The notes under the pieces: generated by a model | Database searches by the model: none | The model's input: only the letters and a program-made list of their open reading frames with translations | What the model was told of the DNA's origin: nothing | DNA from: Octopus sinensis | Lineage: Eukaryota | Direction of reading: 5' to 3' | Assembly: GCF_006345805.1 (NCBI RefSeq) | Contig: NC_042999.1 | Location: 121,768,001-121,832,000 of the forward strand | Length of the DNA: 64,000 bases | Program-made: the position numbers and the translations under genes | Part shown: piece after piece, positions 38,901-53,149 of the stretch | How positions within the stretch are numbered: the stretch's first letter is position 1 | Layout of the letters: each line of letters starts with the position of its first letter

Positions 38901-39157
38901 CTTGCGTTAATTTCTCAGAAATCTGGTTGTAATTCTTCATCCTTCACTTTTAAGTTTTCCTTTTTTAAAGCAAGGAAACATTTTATAAGGTATTAATACA
39001 GTAACATTTTTCTTTACTTCATTTTTTTTTTTTTTATATATATTTATCTCCTGAGCACTAGACAGCCCGATATTCTATTTGAGAATACAATATAGACTGA
39101 AGTGAAAAGAAAATAGTCTAAAAAAAACAGGAACTGATGACAATGACACAGACTCAC

Positions 39158-39222
39158 TTCATTTAATCCTGCCACAGGTATACAAAGGTAGGAGTTTATG
39201 CATACTTCTGTTATTCCTATGT
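39158..39222 (-). CDS. Candidate 65-bp phase 1-0 exon, (D)IGITEVCINSYLCIPVAGLNE
   Basis: Consensus donor GAA|GTGAGT; acceptor gatctgccccag|. Unverified. Confidence 0.28.
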
Positions 39223-40475
39223 CTGGGGCAGATCAGTAGTCCTATAGGCAAAGTTAAAGAAATGCTCATAAAAATGGGTTGAAGTGATTAACTGATAATG
39301 AATGATTACAGATTAAGTATTTTGTTTCCATAAAATTATTTTTCTTCAAAATTTTGTTTCACTTTCCTAGGGTCCTAGAAATGAAGACATACCATATACA
39401 TTTCAGAAAAAATAATAATTTAAAATAGAATTATAAATTTCATGGTTCTCTATAAAGTTCAAACAATCTTATGATGATATTTGAGGTTTCAACTTTACTT
39501 TCACTTTTGTTAATGAAAATGGGATCTGCTGATGTATGATCCAAATCATTTTGTGCGGGAAGAGGGTATTTTGGATTGCAATTAAAATGTGTTGTTATAA
39601 TCAACAATCACTGCATTTATTTTTGTTTTGAAATTCTAATAATAAATAATTTTAATTATAATCTCTCGTTGTAATTTGTTTTTCTTCAATATGAATATTT
39701 TGTCTACTGAAGCTTTACTGTATGTTTGAAGTGTGTGATCTTTGCTTTGCCAGTAAATACAAAACCATGACACAAAATTATCATCCACTTAGTAAAAAAT
39801 GGGAGTTGATCTTCAAATTCAGGCTCAAAAACAAATTTTGTCTTAATAATTTAAACTTACAGCCAAAATGACAGCATACCCACACCTGCCAAGTCAGCCC
39901 ACAGCCTTCACAAAGCTTCACATTACTCAATGTGTAATCAACAGATGATAAAAAATGCTACTAATGATTCCACATGATTCAATCATCATTATCATATACT
40001 ATACTCTACAGCAGCTACATTCTGCATCTGCTATAGATTGGAAGTGACTGTCTTAAATGACAGACATACGTTGAATGATCCCTTACATGTTCACTGCATG
40101 TTACAGCTGATTCTGCAAATGAAAAATGAATCAACCCTTCTACTTGACTGGTAATATATTTTTTCAGCTCCAAAAAGGTGATAGGCAAAGTTTATCTCAG
40201 AAGAGTTTGAACTTAGAATACAAAGAATGAGAGCAAATACTGCAAAGCATTTGTTTGGCTTTCTAATTATTCTGCCAATCAACCAGTTTTCCTTTGCTGT
40301 AATCTTGAAAATAATATATCTACTGTATCATCAAAGTAGGTCACATCAGTGATTCCAAAACAGAAAAAAAATTGCTAATACAATATAATACCCACTTCAT
40401 TTTATTTTGAAATATATATTATTAGGTATAATAAAATATAAACAAATATAATTTTCATAATCAAATATAATATGC

Positions 40476-41795
40476 ATAAATTCTATTATCTCTAAATATA
40501 TATCATGAAATTTTTTATTACATAGAATTGATCTTCACATATACAATGTGTTTATTCTATCTAAAATGTATTTAATCTATGAAGGCTGCTAAATGTTTCA
40601 CAGACATGAAGGATATGAATTTAATTTGAGATATTTAAAAAGAATATGAACCTAATTAATTTTAATATTGGAAACATTATATTTAATTAACAAGTAAACT
40701 TGCTCTAAGGGAGTCTAACAGATATTCTTAATAAGTATCTCAGAAGCCAATTATAATTAATGAAAGATTTTCAAAAGTTTCTTCCCAATATAACCACAAA
40801 GAGATTATATGCTGTTATAGGTATTTGGCCTCTATTTAGTAATCTGTAGCTATTTATGTTCAGTTTTTCTGGTAATTGTAATGCTTGATACTTGTTCTTC
40901 ATGAATACTCTATTAATTTAAATAACTTGATTATTTGTCATAGTTTAGCCCCAGGAAAACCCTGATGCAGATAATCAGTCAAATGCTAAGTTGTACCATC
41001 CTTGATCGAATGATTTGGGATTATATTCTAAACACAAATTCTCAGCATATGCATTACCATCTTTGGGAAATAAGTAATTGTCATGTGATTCATATGATTA
41101 TACCAACACAAACTCATACTAAACTTTACTATGGGGTAAATCTTTGGGGCTCTCATGGCATTTAGAAGTAAATTAAAATTATTAGATATATTTGACAGTT
41201 ATGTATGTCATGTTTATACAACTTCATTGTAGACATTAAAAGAGGGATTTACAAAGTGAGTAATTTGCAATTTTTAGTACACCAAGGGAAGATGAAAGAG
41301 TCTAAATCAGCTTAGCAGGAACGGACTTCAAATATAGTTTACATACAGTTGACTGATTGTCAATATGCAAATTAGCTTATCTACTTGGAAGCAGAGTAGC
41401 TGCCAAGATTTTCTACATCTCAAAAAAGCAACAATGAGATTGTAAAACTACAAATTCATTTTCAAATCTTCCTTAATTCAAAATTTTCTCCTTTGAGTTC
41501 AATGTAAATCAGTATTATATTTTTATTTTATTTTTTCTTCCATAAGTAAGGTACAAGTAACTCAGAGTGCTTTAAAACCTCCATAAGTGTGTAACTTTGT
41601 GTGTGTGTGTATTTGGTGGGACAAGTAGGATAACTAGTTTTCAATATATAAGTATGATATCTATAAATTCTATTATCTCTAAATATATATCACAAAATTA
41701 TTTTATTACATAGAACTGATCTTCATATATACAAAGTATTAATTCTATCTAAAATGTATTTAGTCTGTGAAGGCTCATAAATGTTTCACAGACAT
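40476..41795. repeat. ~130-bp direct repeat pair (40476-40607, 41663-41795)
   Basis: ATAAATTCTATTATCTCTAAATATATATCA...AAATGTTTCACAGACAT in both; highly similar by eye. Confidence 0.92.
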
Positions 41796-41929
41796 ATTAC
41801 AAATTACTGATTTAGAAAATCCCACTTGTAGACAGACATTTATAACTAATATATCTAAAAATTTTAATTTATTTCTAAATGCCATGAGAGCCAAAATCTA
41901 TAGATTTACCCCATCATAAAGTTTAGTGT

Positions 41930-42230
41930 TGGTGTCATGTAAAAAGCATTCAGCTCCACACTTGTAAAGTGGTTGGCATTTGGAAAGGCATTCAACTGTA
42001 AAAACCATGCCAAATGTGACTTTGCCTGTGCTGGTACCATGTAGAAAGCGCTCAGTTCACTCTATGGAGTGGTTGGTGTTAAGAAGGACATCCAGCCATA
42101 AAAACCAGGCCAAGACAAACACAGTAGCCTGGTGTAATCTTCTACATAGTTAGCTCTTGTCAAACCATCTAACCCATGTCCGCATTGAAGAAAGACGTTA
42201 AATAATGATTTTGATGATGATGATGATGAT
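41930..42230 (-). mobile_element. SINE-like repeat, (CAT)n family
   Basis: Reverse complement of the 11833 family, with an internal duplicated unit and a (GAT)n end. Confidence 0.75.
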
Positions 42231-43129
42231 ATATATTTAATAATTTTAATCAAAAGTTACAAAGTAATTCAAGTGACAAAAACTTCATACTTGGCATTTA
42301 TCACATTATATATATATAATTACTAGTTCCATAAGAATATTAATTTTTGAACTACCAAAAATGCACCTAAATTTAGACATTCCATTTGTTAATTATTATG
42401 CTTCAGAAAAAGTACTAATATTGTTTGCAACATATTGTAAGTAATTCATAATTCTTCCCTTTTATTTCTATAACATTGAGTGAAGATTAGCCACACATAA
42501 AAAATAATTAAAATCTACTCCTTTTCAGCTAATTCAAACACAAAGTTATAGTAAAACATCAGTACTGCTGCACATCTAATTTGCAACAGTTTTGATGTTC
42601 TGCACTGAATTTTCAATGCTGTATAATTAATCTTAGAAAGATCATAGTTATTACATAGAATATCTCTTAGTCCAGCTTGTAGGACTCCTAAAATATCTAA
42701 ATATGCATAAACAAAACCAACATTAAATTGATTATAATATTCTCAAATTTCAATATCGCTTTCCACATAAAAACATTTGATGATGGATTGTATACAGTGT
42801 TATCAGGCACCAGACATAGAGAAACATAATGCACATAGTGTATTGACGGTATGGCTCAATAAGTGCTTGATCACTTATCTCAGCTTGGAAATAGCAGAAT
42901 TGACTGAAGGTACACAACAAAAGATACAATATTCCTCTTCATGACAAGTATCAGCATTGTCATCATTGTTGTGTCATCATCATCATCCTCAAATTACAAT
43001 GCTTATTTTTATGTTAACAACAGTGGGATATGCTTACAGATCTCATATCTTTTCATATTGTGCATAATTCAATTTGTCATCTTTAATTTTCCATGATCTA
43101 CCAACTCAGCAGTATTTGTAAAATTTACT

Positions 43130-43560
43130 GTATATGTCATCATCATGTATTGTATACCTACCTGCAGTGTATTGATTAAGTGCGAGTTCGATAGATGCCT
43201 TACCACTTTTGTTGAACCAGCTTGTGATATTGTCTGTCTTGCATTCTTTGCCTGTCTCTTCATTTACTACCCTCTACTCTTCCTTCTATGATGATGCTTT
43301 CCAGACTTCCGCCTCTACGAATATGGTCATAATAGATGAGCTTTTGTTGTTTTTGCACAACGTTCAAAAGTTATCATCTTTCTTTCACTTACTTGTAACA
43401 CTCATTCGTTTGTCTGGTGGTCCTTGTAACAGACTAGTAACAATCTCTAAAACACCCACATTTCAAATGCATTGATTATATTCTCTTCAAATTTGTTAAG
43501 AGTCTACACTTTACAACCACAAATGCCTCTTGGCCATATTTATAGTTGCACTAGCTTTCT
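43130..43560 (-). mobile_element. RTE LINE 3' fragment
   Basis: ENIINAFEMW...TNE...KLIYYDHIRRGGSLESIIIEGRVEG..RQR...DNITSW, a typical RTE C-terminus. Confidence 0.8.
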
Positions 43561-44535
43561 TTTTTTAACCTAGTTGGGAAACATTTACTGCTCCAGATAT
43601 TATTAAGCTTCCCATTTTATTACTGTTTCTTTCTAACTTTGATGCTGCTTCAGATATTTTCCAGATATTTTTAAAGCAATCACTCTGCTCTCAGGCTGCC
43701 ACCTGATTTTAGGTGAAATATCTAACACTTGTTATATAAATTTTGTAAAGACTGAAAACTACTGAAAAATGGTTTAAAAATTTTTTCCTCCCAAAACATT
43801 CAAGCACATTTTCCCCCAACTATTGCGGTACTTATACGATTGTGTTAAAACAATTTGCATCATGCTTATATCGCTGACATACCTTGCCTTTTGGTATATC
43901 ATTATATTGTACAGAATCCTGATCTTCATTCAGTAAGAATTACACATTTTTGAAATTTAAGCTTTGAAATTCATTAATTCTGACACACTAATGCATAAAG
44001 AGATTTTACTGTATGTAGTCACAAATTTTGAAATAATCAAAAATGTATTTGTTTCTTTCAGATACAGTTACTGCTTCATATATTGTATAATAGTTTAACT
44101 GTTGTAAATAATCCTTTAAACATTTTCTCCATGTTTATTTCTCAGTGGGCTAGAGTGGTAGAATTGTTATGTAATGCTATCTTCAGGCTAGTATTTTCTT
44201 ACAATATTAGAATTCTTTAAAATAATATGAAAAGAATTGGGAAAATAGAAACCTGATGTTTGAAAGAATTTAAGATTAGAATAACTAACTAAATTTAAAA
44301 ATTGGCTTTTCATACCCTGTTATTATTTGGTTGATTACAAACAAGTTGTCTCCACAAATCATCACACAATTGTTATCTCAGTATTATTTTGTTAGTATAC
44401 ACCTTGTAAATATATTTATGCATATGTGGGAATAAATGATTCCCACAAAATGTCTTGGTTAAGAATAAACAAAACAATTTATTCTTTGTATGGCATTAGC
44501 AAAAGGAATAATTAAATATAACTGATTATAAATAT

Positions 44536-44915
44536 AGGAGTGACTGTGTGGTAAGTAGCTTGTTTACCAACCACATGGTTCATGGCACCTTGGGCTAGTG
44601 TCTTCTACTATAGCCTCGGGCTGACCAAAGCCTTGTGAGTGGATTTGGTAGATGGAAACTGAAAGAAGCCTGTTGTATATATATGTGTGTGTGTGTGTGT
44701 GTATGTATATGTTTGTGTGTCTGTGTTTGTCCCCCCACTATTGCTTGACAACCGATGCTGGTGTGTTTACGTCCCCAACACTTAGCAGTTTGGTAAGAGA
44801 GACCAATAGAATAAGTACTGGGTTTACAAAGAATAAGTCCCGGGGGCGATTTGCTCAACTAAAGGTGGTGCTCCAGCATAGCCGCAGTCAAATGACTGAA
44901 ACAAATAAAAGAATA
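44536..44915 (+). mobile_element. tRNA-head SINE (B-box region deleted)
   Basis: GGAGTGACTGTGTGGTAAG head, CCTTGGGC.AGTGTCTTCTACTATAGC body, internal (TG)n, AAATAAAAGAATAA tail; homologous to 51630-52000. Confidence 0.85.
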
Positions 44916-45218
44916 AGAGAAAGAAAATCTCTATAAATCAAAGAATATACTATCCTATTTTAAAATATGACTTATTCATTGAAAATTTTTAAATACCCTC
45001 ACTGTGTGTGATGAACTATGTAGCCTGAAGATCATTATTACCAGTCATATCAATTATGGACCAGCTAAATGAGAGAATGATCTATTTGTTTTTAAGGTTT
45101 TATGTCATACAAAACAGTTGTTATTTCTTTCTAAGTAAATCTTAATGTGGTACTACTACTACTACTACTACTACTACTTCATATTTTTATTATTATTACT
45201 ATTATTATTATTATTATT

Positions 45219-45571
45219 GAGTGAGAAAGCAGTGCATGCCATCAAAGTGACACTGGGGTAAAATATACAAAGCCCAGTATATCAAAGGGTTGATTAAGGA
45301 TGTTGAATGAAACACTCCTGTTTCCAAAGGTGAATTATTCATAACCCCCAAAATTCCTCTCAACACATGGTTATGATGCTCCCCAACAACTTCTGCTCAT
45401 GATCAGAGACGTACATATCATCAGCCACTAAGGAGATGCTCAGCTGGTTAAGGGGAAAAACTAACAAGCAGGTACTGAGCAGAATATTTGCTGTAGCCTA
45501 TCTTTTATACCAAGACAAATCATGTACATGATAACTCTTCCTATCAGTTAAGATCAGATGCTATGAGAGCC
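45219..45571 (-). mobile_element. Second copy of the 32931 repeat family
   Basis: Direct alignment; carries a single copy of the 27-mer that is amplified at 33410. Confidence 0.85.
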
Positions 45572-46490
45572 AATTATTGTTATTGTTATCTTTTGCTTGA
45601 AGAAGATAACCTCACCAAATAAAATTAAATTTCTAGTGAAGTAACTTTACAAAATACTTTCTTCAGGAAATAAGATAACAGTATGAAAGAGGAATCATTC
45701 ACAGAATCTAAAATGCCATAGGTACATTGCTGTAAAAATTGAAATCCTATATTGTTAATTCATGAATAGTTTATTAGTATATGTTAAATTGATAATATGG
45801 GTTGATTGACAAATAGAAAGGAAATAGAAACATAAAAGCAAACTGTATAAATAGCTTTTTTCTACATATTTCCTTTATGAACTGATCACCATTTAATATA
45901 TTAAAATATAAGAGAAGCAGGAGTGGATGAGATTGTAGCACTACAGATTGGATAATTGATTTTGTACTTTTGAGTTGTGACTGAAGGAGTGAAAAAAAAA
46001 TCACCTGAGTTCAAATCATGTAACATTGATAAAATTCAACCAGTAATATGCTTTATAAATGCCTTCAGTTATATTCCTGCTCTTTAAAACATTCAATTAT
46101 GAAAATGTACTGTAAATGTTCATGTACAAATGTATCCTTTTATTGCCCAGTTGTAGAAAAATAAAATCTGTGAGAATTATGATAAAGTACTAGATTCAAC
46201 CTACTATCTTTATGTATTATCTAAATACTATATCATATGCACTTTAGGATATATTTAAAGAATTAATCCAAAATCACTAACTTTACAGGGTCTTTCTTAT
46301 TAAAAATAATTCATAATAAAGAAAATCTCTAAAGCCTAGTCATTGTTCAGTGAAGTTTTGTCAGAGTATATTAACCTCAATGGAATATACAAAAAAGTTG
46401 AATCTTTGTTTTAGAATCTGTATGATCAGTAAGAACTAACGATTCTTTCACAGGATATATATTGTGTTGCACAGATTAAATGTTTTTTTT

Positions 46491-46565
46491 ATATTCACAT
46501 TTGAGATGAAAACAAATGTTATTCAAATTTGAGATGAAAACTATATTCACATTTGAGATGAAAAC
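46491..46565. repeat. Three copies of (A)TATTCA.ATTTGAGATGAAAAC
   Basis: Starts at 46491, 46520 and 46543. Confidence 0.9.
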
Positions 46566-47739
46566 TGTTTTGACATCTTTGGTTTTATATATCCATCTCA
46601 AGGTAGAAAATTTGTTTTTATTTCCTTTTCTATATTTTTTGGTATGTGATAGAAGTCTCATAAAGCATCTAGCGATTTTCATTATAATAAATTTTCTTTA
46701 ACTCTGAGTTGGTTTAATGTCTACTCCTCAGTATTGATTTACTACTACTAAGAATAAATAATATTTAGGCTTGAGCAGCAAAAGGTTATGTGAAAAAGAA
46801 TGTTATTTAAATTGACTCTTTTGAGAAAAAGATTGATTTTGAATTTATTCATTTTTTTTCTTCTTCTTTTAGCTGTCTATTTCTTCAATCAATATTGGAG
46901 CTAGTTAATATCACAAGAAAGGTCAGCTTTTGCTATCCTAACAAACTAAGAAGCAAATTAATTTTCAGTAGGATATTTTTCAATGTTTCAATATCCATGA
47001 TTTTAATTTCGCTTTTAGTCTTACACTCTTTAAAAGCTTATGCTTGAAACATTTCTGTGTTCTAAACAATATCCGAATTTTTGTTTTATCAATTGATAGC
47101 TATTTTCATTTGTTACAAGAAAATCATTATGGTTTTGACGTGGGTTCTCTGAAAATACTGGTGAAATTGCATGTTTTCTTTTACAAATTAATGTGCACAC
47201 ATTTCATGTGTTGAAAGAACATTAGCTTTCAGTTTGGTGTTTGAAACTATGCAAATTTGACTGACAGTTAGGTCATATTAAAAAAGGGCTATATGAAAAG
47301 TCTTTAGCTAAATTTTTAAAGCATAGCTCTTGAAATTGATTGATTCCATTTCTAAAATGCTGAAGATAACTTTTAATTCCTTTGAGCTTTTCCTTTTTCT
47401 TTCGTTTTTGCTTCAAATACTATTCATGACATTATATTTAATTTAGACCTTGTGGCTATAATTCATTTTTCCAGATAGTGAAATCATAGATATTTCTGAG
47501 CACATAACATTTTCCAGCCTCTAAAATAGATAACTTTTGAAATTATATTTTATGCTTTAAACATAGTGTGAAAATAGATAAGGATCTCTTCATTAGGGAT
47601 GTAGTGGAAGACTTTTAGTTACTTAGAGGAAAAAGGAAAAAGACCAGCACAGTTAATGATAAGATGATGTGATTAATACTGAGTTCAAATATCTGTGTCT
47701 AGATATCTGCAATAAAAGCATGGATGGCGAAGGAATTTG

Positions 47740-49400
47740 TGGTGGCTGGGTGATGATTGAGAAAAGTGTTTAGCTCAAGGTTGTAGTAGAAGGATAAATG
47801 ACAAACAGAAAATAACTCTCTGTATGCCAATAATCTTTGCACCTTGCCAAATGAGCTTTTGATAATGATTTAAATTACCTCCTTGTAGATGTGGTCCCAG
47901 GTATGCAAACAATACTTTAATGGGGAGCACATTTGAATTTTGTAGATGGTTAGCAACTGAGCTGAGCAGAGTCATTTCCCAACTTTGAAGATGCAACTAT
48001 ATCTTTCAAGAGGCATCTTGGTCTTAGTTTTTTAATATTATATATGTGATGTATCAGATGATCAGAAATTTTGAAGCCTAATGTTTGTTGTAATTCTGGG
48101 GCTTTCATTGTAATGATGTATAAAAGGTGTAGCACAAGTTTGTTCCCTTGATATGCTTAGAGATTGTATCTTGTTGCTATTGAACACCAGGCTGCTATCT
48201 GTTAATAGAAATAATCCAAGTTACAAGGGATATGACTCTAAAATGTAGATAATTCCAGAATTCAGAACTTTAGGAAGGAGAGAAAGGCAGCACCTTTGGT
48301 TTTCTACTTGAAGTAATTACAGGAAAATCAGTGACACATCATAAAGAATATAGGGAACAACCAAAATTTAGGTGGCACTAGATTTTACAAACATGAATCA
48401 GAGTGAGCCCATCAATACTTGGTGAAACAAATAGCTGAGTTAGCAAACTTTCACTCTAAGAGTCATACAGCTGGCAGTCAAGAGGGTTAGATAACAGACA
48501 AGCAACAACTTCATTAGACAATATAGAAAAAGTATTTTCTGGAGATATGACCGCACCTCCTTATTCTAGTAGGAAGGCATGACCTCTTAAACGATTTTCT
48601 TCCATTTTCCACATAGTAAGGAAAATCAACAAAGACCTAGTTTTTCTTTTGACCTTCATATTCTTTCTTTTCCTTATTTTTGAATCTATTTTTCTGCTGC
48701 TGTTCGTGCCATTATCTACATTACTATTTGCCTGGTTGGCACCAGGAAAAGTTGATAATTTAACTGTCATTGTCGTGGACCTTATTTTGTTTGGTATTGT
48801 TAGATGTGCTGTGAGGTCTATATTATTGTCTGCCCTCTGTATTGTACAATGTATTGTACACCCTTTCCATGAAGCATCGTTTGTAGTCCTTAAGAAACAT
48901 CTTTTCAAAGTTTACCCTTACAGAGTCTGCCATCTTGGCTTAGTCACTGCCTTCTATGTGATGAATAAGCTCTTTTCTTTTCATGTTATGGTACTTTAAA
49001 GTTTGTGGATACATAGATTCTGATTGGAGAAATATGTCCATCTTGGCCTCTCTATCAAAAAATCAGAATGTGGCCTACCTTGCAGTGAAGAATATGTTGA
49101 ACTCCATCAGGTTTAAATAATCATCTATTGCTGATTGAAGATATGATTATGATGTCTTTCTACTGACCCATTCCAAGGATGAGGCAACACAAGTATGTGA
49201 GTCCTTCACTAATATCAGCAACAATATCAAATCAGTGATGTTGCTGCATTGAGTGTGTATATATTACCATGTGTAAGGTAGGATAGGGCTGTCTCATTGT
49301 AAATGTTTGTCAGTTATGCAGAATTCTCCCCACTCTTAGTCTAATGGCTGGACATACGTAGTTTTTGCTTTTTAGGGATTTAAGATGAACTTCTCTCAGG
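47740..49400 (-). mobile_element. Very old CR1/L2-like LINE remnant
   Basis: Weak matches to endonuclease (~49050-49300) and RT thumb (LG.KISDHL...ASSKLG; P..YC..TW; ~47760-48120). Confidence 0.45.
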
Positions 49401-51629
49401 CTATCGAGGTTGAGGGTAGTTATCTGTGTGCCAATTTCGTAAGAGGTCCCAGCATAATTTACCTACATTGTTTTCAAAGAATTCCTTCACTGTAGTAGTG
49501 TTCAGAACTCCCTGCTTTTATGGGTGGGCTCTAATTTCCTCATTAAAGTCAAACACTATGATGTATCCAGAGTAGTGCATACGCTATACTAGATATAGAT
49601 TTAATGATTTAATGCTCTGCGAACCCCTTGGTTAGAGTAATATTCTGATGTTTACCAAGTATCCCTATTTCCTATGTAGTGACAGTTCCTAGCTGTTGAT
49701 GGTGGTGGTTTGCAGGTATTTGGTGCAGATTGTAGCCATGTTATCTCGGTGTGAGGCATGTTATATGTCTGCTGTTTTCTATTGAAGTCATTGTTTCTGT
49801 TTGTGCTGGGCATGCTGTATGATCTGTGTTGTCATTTGTGGTTTATGTTGTCTCTATTTGCAGACATGGTATTGCATATGGTGTGTGATCTCTGAAGCAA
49901 GTATTTGAATTTTATATTGAATTTCTTTGGAAGTATTTGTGCATTGCTTGCTCAATAGAGTGTGTTACATGCAGGCTGTGAGGCCATCAGCTAGTGGATA
50001 TCATTGCAACTTTCATATTGAAGAGATGAAGTACCTTATAGCTTCTGCTGATTTATTTTGCTAAGGCTGTACCTAATGATGGGTCTTTGGGAGATGAGAT
50101 AGATTTGTAGAAGTCTCAGCAGTTGCAGAGTTAAAATGTACAGTTAACATTTGTTTTGAAAGTAAAATAATCAGTGTTTTCTTTCAAAGTCTTTAAACAG
50201 AATTACAGTTGTTTTTGAGACAGAGAGTATTAGTCTTGAAGGGTCTTGTGGATACCATGTATTAATGTATCTGAAGTAGTTACAATGTATGAATACACCA
50301 TCTTTCCAGTTAAATTTAAGAATTGGGTGCCAAACAATAGACAATAAGAGTCAATATGAGTTTATCTGTAGTTAAAGGTTTTATGCTAAATCATATTGAT
50401 AGAGAAGGTAGATAGATAGTTATACATATAGATAGACAGATATTGATAGATAGAAAGATAGATTGATAGAAATAAAGACAGGCAGATAAAGAGAGAGAAT
50501 GAGAGAGAGGTATGAGGAGATGTGGACAGGTGAATAAATGGTTGGGTAGATGTATTTAGATAGAAGCAAGGTTACATCAATATACATGTAGATAAAAAGA
50601 CAGGCCCCATGTAGAGAAAAAATATCAACAATGATCTTAGATGAGAATAAAGATGCTGTAAACCTCTTGATAATTGAGGCACATTTTATTGGAAAATTTT
50701 AACCAAGAATGAACTGCTAGAGAAAATTTGAAACAACAATACATATATTTTTTTCTCCCAGCTACGCAAGTACCATTCCCAATTACATAATCACTATGTC
50801 TGAGAGAACAAAGAGAGCAGAATTCTGATGCTAGGTTGTAGATTTCTTTCCAGTGCATTCTGCTCCAAGTTATGTTGTAAGAGCACATTAGTCTTTGAGG
50901 TTCAATATGTGGTAAGAGAGTATAGAAGTAGAGCTGTTGCCACTCTTGAAAGTTGTTAGGAAAGGAGGTGTTTAATTTTGTTTGAGATTAGACCAATGTG
51001 ATGTTTATTCAGTAAGTTTATGATTACTTTAAATGATGAGTGAATTGTTGATGTAATTCAGCTATTGTTGAATCTAGTGTTTAGGTGTGTGTACTAGAAG
51101 TCAATTTTTTGCAGCTGATATTTGAAAGTGAGTAAACAAAATTTGAAGTTGTTGAGTAGGAAACTTTGAACAAGTTTGTATTGAAGATAGCATTGTACTT
51201 ATGAGAGAGGAGAAATTATTCCTAAGTTAAGGAAGTGTTCAATGATAGACATTTGTAATTTAGAGATAATATGAGATTTGTGCATTTCTGTTAATTGCTG
51301 TGGAGTGATGCATATTTAATTGGTGCAGGCATAGCTGTGAGGTTAAAAAGTTCAACTTGCAGCCATGTAGTTTCTTGGTTTGGTTCCACTGTATGGGTCT
51401 TTTGCCAGTGTCTTCTACTACAGATATCTCTTGAGTGAGTTGGTAAATAGGAACCAAACAAAAGCCCATTGCATATGTGTGCGTGCTTGTGTTTCTGTTG
51501 CTTTTTACTACTATACAAGTATTGGTTTGTTTATGTTCCTATAACTTAACAGTTTGGCAAATGAGAATATGTGTGTGTACTAGCAATAGATTCTGTTATT
51601 AATGCAAGATATATTAAAGTTAACTCTGA

Positions 51630-51745
51630 TATATGTACCTCTTTTGTCAAACCGCTAAGTTATGGAGATGTAAACACATCAACATTGATTGTCAAGCTAT
51701 GGTGGGGGGGGGACAAACACCGACACACAAACATATATATATATA

Positions 51746-51790
<45 letters not shown>

Positions 51791-51814
51791 TATATATATA
51801 TGTATATATATATG

Positions 51815-51845
<31 letters not shown>

Positions 51846-52000
51846 ATGTATACAACGGGCTTCTTTCAGTTTCTGTCTACCAAATACTTTGATTGGCTTA
51901 AGGATATAGTAGAAGACACTTGCCCAAGGTGCCATATAGTGGGACTGAACCCAGAACTATGTGGTTGGTAAGCAAGCTACTTACCACACAGCCACTCCTG
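51630..52000 (-). mobile_element. tRNA-head SINE with A and B boxes
   Basis: Minus strand: GGAGTGGCTGTGTGGTAAG (A box) ... GGTTCAGTCCC (B box) ... GGCACCTTGGGCAAGTGTCTTCTACTATA. Further degenerate heads at ~51330-51430, 53440-53580 and 54270-54330. Confidence 0.88.
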
Positions 52001-52004
52001 CACA

Positions 52005-52049
<45 letters not shown>

Positions 52050-52058
52050 ATATATATT

Positions 52059-52090
<32 letters not shown>

Positions 52091-53149
52091 TATATATATG
52101 ATGATGATGATGATTTTACACCGTATGATATTCCTAAGAAGTTTCCAGTTGTCTTTTGGTTACAATGTTATGTGTTGGAGAATATTTGTGTTTGGTTTCA
52201 GTATATGATACTGTTATGGCAAGCTGAACAGTATTCGTGCCTTTGGTGTTATATTATTCATTTGGTGTTCTTTGTTGATGTTTTGACTGGTGATTTTCTT
52301 TTGAAAATGTTTATCTGAATTCATATTTATCTTATGTAACTGTTCCAGCATGGCTAAGTGTGTGAATAAACATTTTTTGTTGAAATATTTCTAATTTTTT
52401 TTTACCAAGTATCAGCTTTAGCTGTTGTCTATGTGTATGCTGAGGTAATATTCGATTTGGACTTTCATTCTCACCTGTATCATAGAGGAATTTTTTTATT
52501 TTTTATTTTTTGTGTCTGTTTGAGACTATGTATGTTTATGTGACTCTGTGGGACATTATCTAAGAATGTATGGATTTGAGGTCTGTAAGCTATTTGTCTG
52601 TTTTGGGCAGGGTAGCTAATGTGTCAGGAGTGTGCATAGCAGTGTCAATGTGGTCACATAAAATTTTTATTGAATCAATATATAGGAATTAAGTTAGTAG
52701 TTTCATTAGAGAGTTACATTGTCCAAGTGTACAGGGAAAAGTAGTACTCTTTGTACTTTTTGACCAAATACATTATCATTATATTTTATCTTTTACTTGT
52801 TTCAATCATTTGACTGCAGCCATGCTGAGGGAATACTTATAAAAAAAATATAAGAAAAAACCATTCAGGGTGGTCAGTGGCATGTATTTGAGCAATATAA
52901 ACAAATACAGGTATATCAAATACCATACATCATAAATTCTTGATTTACTAAAATTGATTTGTTACTATTACCACATGGCAACTAAGCTCAGTTCCACTTG
53001 AGAAGATAATCTCAAAACACAAGTATTTCTACAAAAGTGACATGCCATTAAAAATAAAGACAGGCTTATTTTCTGGAGATAAGAGGACAGTCATGGACAG
53101 GCATTCTGGTTCACCAGCCATCATCTGCAGGACAGTTGTCTGACCTTAC

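Noticed and set aside
39158-39241. 84-bp exon with an in-frame TGA (DY*SAPDIG...) as selenocysteine or edited UGA-to-UGG
   Set aside because: A downstream acceptor (39222) avoids the stop; no SECIS element or expression evidence; too speculative.
51940-52000. tRNA gene
   Set aside because: The A/B boxes are the head of a SINE; no cloverleaf, and it continues into the SINE body.
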